The notes beneath the pieces were generated by a model, which was not told the origin of the DNA, made no database searches, and was given only the letters and a program-made list of their open reading frames with translations. A DNA stretch of 63,408 nucleotides, counting the filler, from Stramenopiles sp. TOSAG23-2 (Eukaryota): assembly GCA_900128395.1 (NCBI GenBank). It is 10 parts of 10 records of this genome, joined end to end, with 100 filler letters (N's around TTAATTAATTAA, not from the genome) between each part and the next. Parts side by side here need not be neighbours in the genome. Positions count along the whole stretch, not along the records: positions 50,454 to 58,728 come from LT650220.1; positions 58,829 to 60,288 come from LT652853.1; positions 60,389 to 61,848 come from LT652854.1; positions 61,949 to 63,408 come from LT652855.1; 6 more parts are not named here. One strand, written 5' to 3'. The position numbers and the translations under genes are program-made. Of the stretch, positions 55,730-63,408 are shown piece by piece. Each line of letters starts with the position of its first letter. Positions within the stretch are counted from its first letter, which is position 1.

Positions 55730-56029
55730 AGTAAAACTGAAAGAAAAGCATCTAATAGAAGAAACAAGAAGCAATTTATGCAACAATTTTATGTCAAGAA
55801 AAAACGACGAAAACCATTAATATTTTTAGATAAGAACTATTTAAAACGTATGAAAAAGGATGCATTTGATAAGAATGAAGATATGATTGGAATTGATGAA
55901 AATAATGAAAGAAAGAAATATCATGCACGTAATATACTATTAGAATGGTATGAAAGAGATCAAAAACCATTTCTTGAATTAGGAGAAATGGCACAGCAAC
56001 GCCAAAGTCAAGAAGAAGAAGGTTATTAG
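54473..56029 (+). CDS. Uncharacterised protein
   Basis: 518-aa ORF with poly-D and poly-N tracts. Confidence 0.7.
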
Positions 56030-56295
56030 GGTGGTAAAAAGTCTCTCTATTAATCTTGAGACACACGATGATTTTCTTTTAAATATTTGTGTGTGCGAGT
56101 TATTCATAGAAAAGACATACACTCGTATATTTTCCTGTAGATGTACACACTTAGTAAAAATATAAATGCACACATATTTTTATATTTTTTATTTGTATTA
56201 TAAAATATTTTTTTTTACATTTTTTTTCTATCATAGTCTTGTGTGCATTTTCTCCCTTGTCTATTATTCGTATTTTACGAACGTTCGCGTATATT

Positions 56296-58728
56296 TTACT
56301 GTGTATTTGCTAATTCACGTCTTCGTGATCTAACAACTTCTTTTTCCCTCGATTTAATTTCATCCCGGACTTTATCTTGTGCTATCATTTCATCTTCATC
56401 AAGTAACGCTATCTCGTCTAATGCTTCTTCTAATGCTTCTTCTTCTTGATCTATTTGAGATTGTCGAGATGGAACACGAATCTCATAACGTAAACTATTG
56501 ATATTATTTGGACTAAGTCTTCCTGTTGATGATGATTGAGACATTGGACGTGAGCTTGGGACATAATTTGGATCTGCAATTTTCTTTTTCATTGATTCTT
56601 CATTTGGCAATGATTTCAGTAAGTTGACCAAATGCCTTTCAATGTCTGCAAGTCTTCGTTCAATATCTTTCCCAAGAAGTTTTGGGTCGACCGATTCAAC
56701 ATGTCGTTTTTTGCTTAGATCAGAGTCTATATCACGGATTTCCCTCTTATTATTTACACCAATCATTCTGGATAAATGCATTGTACCCCCATGGACATCT
56801 TTTAACAATTGTTGTGCATGATTCCATCGTACCCTTTCCGTGTGCAAACGGCTTTCAGATACAAACGTTTGATCATCCACCTCGCGTATATGACGACTAC
56901 TTATGAAGGTATTTGCATTTTGTAATGATAACAACGTTCTATTCAATTCATTTGATCGTTTCTCCAATGCTAAAATTCTATTTTCATACTTTTGCCTTTG
57001 CTCTTCTAATGATGTGTAAACTTGATCTTTATTGATAAATTTAATGAAAACCATGTTTGGATCTGATATTCCGGTAGCAGATTTAATCCTAGCAAAAGCT
57101 CCCTCGTATTCTGCTTCTTGGACTTTACTCTCTTGCAATTTTGTTTTCATAGCTGAGTGCCCTAACATTGACAACACATTTGCTGCAGCCATTTTCTTCC
57201 TTTTATCAATATCTTGTTGTACGATAGCATTCCGTGTCAATTCTCTTTTCTTTTCTCTAGCAATTTCCTTCTCTTGTTCCCGTTGCATGCGGCGCCTGAT
57301 ATCTTTTAAACGTTTGACTGCCTCTGTCATCATTAAATCTGCTTTTTTTGCCTCGATTTCCAATGCAGGCTTTTCCACAGTCAATAGATGTGTATATTCA
57401 TACTTCGCTGCTTGCTGTCGTGCTTTCAAATACGAAGCTCTTGAATCGCTAACTTTCAAACGTCTCTCAACTTTCTTTAAATGCGGTTCATCCCTAGCTG
57501 GAAATTTTTGGCATACGTTCATTACTTTAGTATAAAATTTACCTAATCGAGCTCCATCGCTTAATGCATCTTTTAGCTTTTTTATACGCTCTTTTAACAC
57601 AGCAATCATGGCTTCACCTGCTTCAATACACTCTCGTGTATAATCATCCATAAAACGTCTTGTACCAACTTTTTTATTTAATTGATCTAATGCTTTTTGT
57701 TTCTCCTCGCGTTCATACATCAAACAATCCAATTCCTCGCGCAGACGTGCAATCATTTGATTTAAACCAGCTACGTTAGCATCTCGCTCTGTGGCGGGAT
57801 AATCTTGGGAATGGGCCGCTAAATGCTTTACACTTCCAGAATCAAATTCATGGGATGGAGGAAGTACCTTAATTAATGAAGATGCAGTATTTTCTACATG
57901 GTCTTTTGATACAATTCCAGTGCTGAATAATACCATGCGGCGGCTTGGATCATCCCTCTCCATCTTCTCGACAGTTGGAAAACGCGTACCTGTACGTAAT
58001 GACTTTGTTGAAGGCGATGAAAATGGTATATTTTGCAATGCCTCCTCCCGTGTAGGTTTTCTTTTCCCTTTTACTCTACCCATAGCTGTCTTATAAGCAT
58101 CTTCATGGCTTGCTCGATTTCCATTTTTCTTAGCAATTTCACGCGCACGCAAAATAGCTGGACTGGCAACAGCATTTTCTAATAATTTTTTTTCCGCATT
58201 TAATTGTGATTTTAATTGAATAGGTGTGACATTAATTTTTGGCGCACCATTTGGATCAATTTTTTTCACCTCCCAAAACGATTTCTTTTTAAATCCCGGT
58301 GTCTTTCCGACTATACCATCTAAGCCTGGAGTTCGAGGCGGTACAACACCATCTGCATTAGATAGTGCCAGCCATGGAAACATAATCCATACCCAACGAC
58401 GATATAATTTATAATCCAAATCATCATTTATAATTTCTTTCTTCCCATTTTCCAGCAGATCTTCACTTACTTTTGGTGCCTCCCCCGTCGATTCTTCCTC
58501 ATCCTCTATTCCTCTAAATCCTACTTTCGTTTCACTTTTTACCGGGGTGGTTCCTTTCTTTTTTTTCTTACGTCTTCTTTTCTTCACCGCATTTGCTGCA
58601 GGTGGTCTGCCTTGTCCTGATTCCTTTGGTGCATGAGCTGGTCGTTTAACTACATCTTTTAAATGAGGTGGCCACATCTCAAAACCAATACTTGCTAACA
58701 TTCTCTCATCAAGATGAGGAACTAAATA
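56296..58728 (-). CDS. Coiled-coil protein resembling outer-dynein-arm docking complex subunits, 5'-partial
   Basis: Long coiled coil containing YEGAFARIKSATGISDPNMVFIKF. Confidence 0.6.
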   Translation of the reverse strand, partial: YLVPHLDERMLASIGFEMWPPHLKDVVKRPAHAPKESGQGRPPAANAVKKRRRKKKKKGTTPVKSETKVGFRGIEDEEESTGEAPKVSEDLLENGKKEIINDDLDYKLYRRWVWIMFPWLALSNADGVVPPRTPGLDGIVGKTPGFKKKSFWEVKKIDPNGAPKINVTPIQLKSQLNAEKKLLENAVASPAILRAREIAKKNGNRASHEDAYKTAMGRVKGKRKPTREEALQNIPFSSPSTKSLRTGTRFPTVEKMERDDPSRRMVLFSTGIVSKDHVENTASSLIKVLPPSHEFDSGSVKHLAAHSQDYPATERDANVAGLNQMIARLREELDCLMYEREEKQKALDQLNKKVGTRRFMDDYTRECIEAGEAMIAVLKERIKKLKDALSDGARLGKFYTKVMNVCQKFPARDEPHLKKVERRLKVSDSRASYLKARQQAAKYEYTHLLTVEKPALEIEAKKADLMMTEAVKRLKDIRRRMQREQEKEIAREKKRELTRNAIVQQDIDKRKKMAAANVLSMLGHSAMKTKLQESKVQEAEYEGAFARIKSATGISDPNMVFIKFINKDQVYTSLEEQRQKYENRILALEKRSNELNRTLLSLQNANTFISSRHIREVDDQTFVSESRLHTERVRWNHAQQLLKDVHGGTMHLSRMIGVNNKREIRDIDSDLSKKRHVESVDPKLLGKDIERRLADIERHLVNLLKSLPNEESMKKKIADPNYVPSSRPMSQSSSTGRLSPNNINSLRYEIRVPSRQSQIDQEEEALEEALDEIALLDEDEMIAQDKVRDEIKSREKEVVRSRRRELANTQ

Positions 58729-58900
58729 NNNNNNNNNNNNNNNNNNNNNNNNNNNNNNNNNNNNNNNNNNNNTTAATTAATTAANNNNNNNNNNNNNNNN
58801 NNNNNNNNNNNNNNNNNNNNNNNNNNNNTTTTTCTACGGCGTTCACTTCGCTGTTCTGGTGTATATTTCGATGTTCTAGTTCTCAATCCTTTCATTTAGG

Positions 58901-58932
<32 letters not shown>

Positions 58933-60840
58933 AATATTCGTTATAAATATAATATTAATAATGTAACAATACAATATATCTAAATTATAAATATATATAC
59001 ACTGGGTGTAAGTGTTAACTTGTATAAATACTTTGATATTTTGTTTTCATGTCTTTTGTTTTCATGATGCGATAAATGGCAATGGTGGTGGTGATTCAAT
59101 TTGTGATTTTTTTTTAAAAAAAAAATGTAAGAAGTTGATAGGTATGTTTTATCGTATACTAATATATCATATATTGTGTATATGTTAAATGTAAATATAT
59201 GTTGTACTTAGATTTAATCATTCCCAAACAATATTTTCAGACCTGTGATGAGATGTAGTAAAATTATATTCATTTCTTCTTCGGCATGCTGTGCGGTGCT
59301 ATTGTTGGGGTAGCTATACCTTAAAAAAAGTCTAAGGACAAAACTTAGCATGGACAACATTGCTAACGGTGTGTATAAGCTAGCAAATTGTAGTGAGTGC
59401 TGTGTCATGCTATCTCGTGGCCATTATTTGGCCATTTAAGGGTTTTTGCCATCGTGGTCATTCCAGTACTATGTAATGTATATACCTCTTTAGCAGGTGA
59501 ATACCATCGTATTTTTTGGAGAACCTATTGATATTGTTAAAATAAAAAAATCCGATTTTATTTTTGTAAAGTGTACGTGTATATGTTCTATTTATTGTAT
59601 TTTAATTATTTATTTAAAAAACAAAATGAAATCACAAAATCCTTTTTTGAAATTCATTTTTTGTTAAACCTGGTTTGCAGAGAGAAGAAAAGCGAAAAAG
59701 AAGAAGGTAGAGCTGATATTTTTAACAGGGGCATACCAGCATACCTAATCGGGTCCATAATCCATAAAAGTGATGCGCCTACACAGCACTGGTTATTTTT
59801 CATTACGAATATAACCAGGCCTGTGTACCTGTTAATCCGGAAGTCGCTAGTAAAATATCATATATTGAAGTATAATAATTAGTAGTCTAAATAGGTTCAG
59901 CTGAGGGTGGTGGAAATCGATCAGAAAAACAAACGAAAATTCATCCAATCGATCAATCGATCAATGAAGCCATGCGTGAGATGTGTGTGTGTGTGTGATT
60001 GTGTGAAATTTGTGAAAATATCTACCTTTGGATTGATACATAGAAGATTATTTAGCTATTTGTTGTGTTGGATTTCTTTTTTTCGAAAGTTGTGGTTTTA
60101 GTTTTATCTTTTGATTTTTTTATAATAATTTTTGTTGATTATAATATAAATTTTAAGAAATTTTACCGTGGGATTAAATAATTAGTGGATTTATTGGAAA
60201 ATATATAATACAATTTTAAATAAATAAACATGTCGACACATCAAATTCATACATCCGATTCATGGATAGCAAAACAAGTAGTATCCAANNNNNNNNNNNN
60301 NNNNNNNNNNNNNNNNNNNNNNNNNNNNNNNNTTAATTAATTAANNNNNNNNNNNNNNNNNNNNNNNNNNNNNNNNNNNNNNNNNNNNATCCATTAATAA
60401 TTCGAGATAGTGTTGTAAAATGGCTGGCTGGGCTGGCTGATGACAATAATAATAAAAAGAATACCTCCGGTAGTAATTTGTAAAAAAAACACGAGGGATG
60501 GAGACATACTTCTCGTACAAAAATTTAATACAGAGAGAAGTAATATATATTATCAAAATATTATATTTAATATTTTAAAATATGTTGTTCAGGTTGTACA
60601 TATATTAACAAGGACCAAGATATACTCTACCAAGGTACGATGTATCATAAATCGTTGACAAGCACTGTATTCTTTGGAGAGTAGGAATTGTTATGAGTAG
60701 GAATAAAAAATTAAAATACGCGCGTACATTTTATATTATTTTAAAATATATACTTCGTATCATACATCACTGACATCATATATACATTTTTCATATTCTT
60801 CTTCTTCGTACAATGTACAGTGTATGCATATGTTATTTTG

Positions 60841-61242
60841 TTATACAACTGCTCGTGGGGGTGGTGGCGGTGGGACGTAGCCTGGTTGACCGGGTCGTAG
60901 CGGTGGAGGACCAGGAATGTAACCAGGCATACCGGGTCGCAGCGGCGGAGGACCTGGAACAAAATTTTCTATTACATGTTGCTCTTCTTCATAATATGTA
61001 TACGCACTTGGAGGCAATCCAACATATTTACAAAATTCACCATCTTTATTGTACATGTTCCCTTCTAAATCAAGGTAAAAAGGTGCATCTTCACCTCCGT
61101 CCAAAATATAAGCATTCCATGATTCATCGGCAGCAGCAACAACAAGGGAAAAAATTGGACATTTGGTAGAAGATGAAGCTGTATGGGCATACATTGACCC
61201 TCGAGTAATATGGCTATGTATAAAGAGGTGGTATATAATCAA
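60841..61242 (-). CDS. Small protein or exon with Pro-rich 39-bp repeats (PGPPPLRPGxPGY)
   Basis: Two and a half tandem repeats in an open frame. Start uncertain. Confidence 0.45.
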   Translation of the reverse strand: MIIYHLFIHSHITRGSMYAHTASSSTKCPIFSLVVAAADESWNAYILDGGEDAPFYLDLEGNMYNKDGEFCKYVGLPPSAYTYYEEEQHVIENFVPGPPPLRPGMPGYIPGPPPLRPGQPGYVPPPPPPRAVV

Positions 61243-61986
61243 ACATAATAATTATGATCTTGTAGAACATATACGGTGGGTTGGCATATGAAGAGAGTTT
61301 CCCTGAAGTTCCAAGAATAAAAGAATAATTGTAAATACAATAATTTATAATCATTCATCTGTAACTCTAGTACCAAATAGCTATAAAATAGCAGTTGAAT
61401 AGTATGCTTTCTGTTGCATCTAATGATGTGTGGTTGCCATTGGTTTAAGGGTCCAAATTCGATCAAAACTTCGTTAAAATCCTTAGTATATAAATCTGAT
61501 ACCATCAAGTACAAATTCTAATTTTTATGCTCCAATAATAATTATAATATTTAATGCAACACCAAGATCAAGAATCAAGATTTTGCATTACAAATCCCTT
61601 AAAAATGTTGCATTATCGTAAATTATCTCATGCAACAATTTGCACAATTCTCCCCCAAATTTCAGATAATATGTGCATATGGAAGCATCGTTGCAATAAT
61701 CGTGTAAGTACAATTAATTATTATAAATCCCTCAAAATATTTATACATATACACACATGACAATATCTATCTCTATTCCATTTCTCTTTCATTAGAATAC
61801 TTCATCTCTTATCTTTCTTACAAACAAATGCAATGAATGGAACATTATNNNNNNNNNNNNNNNNNNNNNNNNNNNNNNNNNNNNNNNNNNNNTTAATTAA
61901 TTAANNNNNNNNNNNNNNNNNNNNNNNNNNNNNNNNNNNNNNNNNNNNTTCCTGTTCCTCTTCTTCCATAATTTTAGCCCTTTTAA

Positions 61987-63408
61987 AAACACTATTTACT
62001 AGCAGCTGCGATGGAGATACTTCATGATCCAGCAAGACAACCACCGACAGTGAGGAAAATTATTGTATCACTTGCCAGTGCTTTAAAAATTGGTGGAGAT
62101 ATTGCAATATTACAGCAGAGTAAAAATACCACTGATTATTTTAGACGAGATCCAGATGCATTTCGTTTGTCAACTATGCACATCACTCATCCAGCTACAA
62201 AAGAATTTCAAGACCCGGATTTTTTGAAGGAAGTTCGTGCAGAGGAAGACATTGAAAGAACATTATTGAGTTGGCGACCAGGCCAGTTTAACAGTATTGA
62301 GAAAACACCGGCTTTCCAACCCTTTGAAACAAGAGATGGTATGTTACTTCTTCAATGGGTTAATTTCCATTTAGGGCGCGAGCCAGCAAAAAAAATTCTG
62401 AAAAACAAGCTCCTTGAAGTACCTGACGATCTGACCGATTGTAGCATATATTTGGCATTAAATCGATTTACGCTATTGCCTGCAATTGAAGATAGGAAGC
62501 AGATGGAGATGGATAACCAAGTCGTGGCAGATCATACTCGTCATACAAGGAATAATGATGCAGACGATGCTAGCGATGATGGTGAGGAAAAACCACGCTT
62601 TGATTTAAAGTCTGAAAAGAAAAAATTTAAAACTGCCATGGAAGCAAAACTATATGAGCGGGCTGATAATATGTTAAATGAACTCAAACAACCAGATCTA
62701 GTAGCATTAAATAAAAAAGTTAGTTTCCATGATTTTCAGAATGTTGAATTACCACTAGGGCGATTCATTACAGCAGAAGATATAACAGGAATACCAAGAG
62801 AACCTACGGAGGAGGAGAAGGCAAAACACGAAGCTAGAATGGCAAGATTGGCTGCGAGAGAGGCAGAATCGGGTATCATTGTACATATAATGTCTAGATA
62901 CTGCGGACAGCGAATTCATGTCGAAGGAAGGGAGATCCCGTTAAAGTTTGCATTAATTGTAGCAATATTGTCAAAAAGTGACGGATTTATGTACATCCCT
63001 GAAGAGATGGAGCATAGAGAGTTTATGATGCTAGAAGAAGCCACTACAAAGTGGAATGAATTTCGCGCGACTTGTGTTAAATTGGCAACAAAAGGACAAT
63101 TGGCTTTTTTGCACGAAGATTTAACTGCAATGAATGACGTATTGCAGCATCAGCAGGTCAGAATAAACAAAATCTTGAAATGGAGATCTGACCAATATAT
63201 AACATCATTGCCAGATCGTGAGAAGTGGGCATGTTTCCGTGATAGATTAACATATTTAATGTGGCAATCTGTATGCACAACTGTACTATCCAGAAAAGTC
63301 AAAATCGAAGAAGATATTGATGACGGATCCTTCACTACGATAGATCGACAACAGCTAGTAAATAGTGTTTTTAAAAGGGCTAAAATTATGGAAGAAGAGG
63401 AACAGGAA
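61987..63408 (+). CDS. Calponin-homology domain protein, partial at both ends (absent from the ORF track)
   Basis: The frame is open to the window end. LLLQWVNFHL...DDLTDCSIY is a CH-domain signature. Confidence 0.75.

Noticed and set aside
2566-58414. Many short ORFs antisense to long genes
   Set aside because: Shadow frames of AT-rich, low-complexity coding sequence.
8338-61948. Regularly spaced TTAATTAATTAA within N-runs as a biological repeat
   Set aside because: Artificial concatenation linker, and contigs are sorted by length, so adjacency across gaps is meaningless.
1-63408. tRNA, rRNA or alternative genetic code
   Set aside because: No cloverleaf or rRNA-like tract was recognised by eye. 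TAA, TAG and TGA all terminate otherwise complete genes.

Overview
This is not one locus. It is ten assembly contigs joined by an artificial 100-nt spacer (N44-TTAATTAATTAA-N44) and ordered by decreasing length (8337, 8317, 8314, 8302, 8300, 8283, 8275, 1460, 1460, 1460 bp). Nine contigs look like nuclear DNA of an AT-rich, intron-poor microbial eukaryote using the standard code with GT-AG introns, probably flagellated. Their genes include an SDR, cNMP-binding protein, membrane-anchored ubiquitin-fold protein, DEP and EF-hand proteins, an OB-fold protein, a PACS-like protein, a mitochondrial carrier, a Rab5-family GTPase, a P2X receptor, a WD40/EF-hand protein, a DsbA/GST-kappa enzyme and a CH-domain protein, plus several MITE-like inverted repeats. 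Contig 4 (25269-33570) is different: a gene-dense, intronless fragment of a Polinton/adintovirus-like virus. It encodes a fibre with an intramolecular chaperone, an H...NC permuted-papain enzyme, a tyrosine recombinase, penton, major capsid protein, three basic GxG-motif core-like proteins and an adenain-type protease. The most striking detail is that the protease has no ATG ahead of its conserved N-terminus. It overlaps the upstream basic protein in the -1 frame, behind four stacked slippery heptamers and a strong stem-loop, which suggests a Gag-Pro-like programmed frameshift in a dsDNA virus. Several tail-to-tail fusions of gene 5' halves suggest amplification (MDA-type) chimeras, so junction-based claims need read support. 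All family assignments are by-eye motif recognition; no database searches were run.
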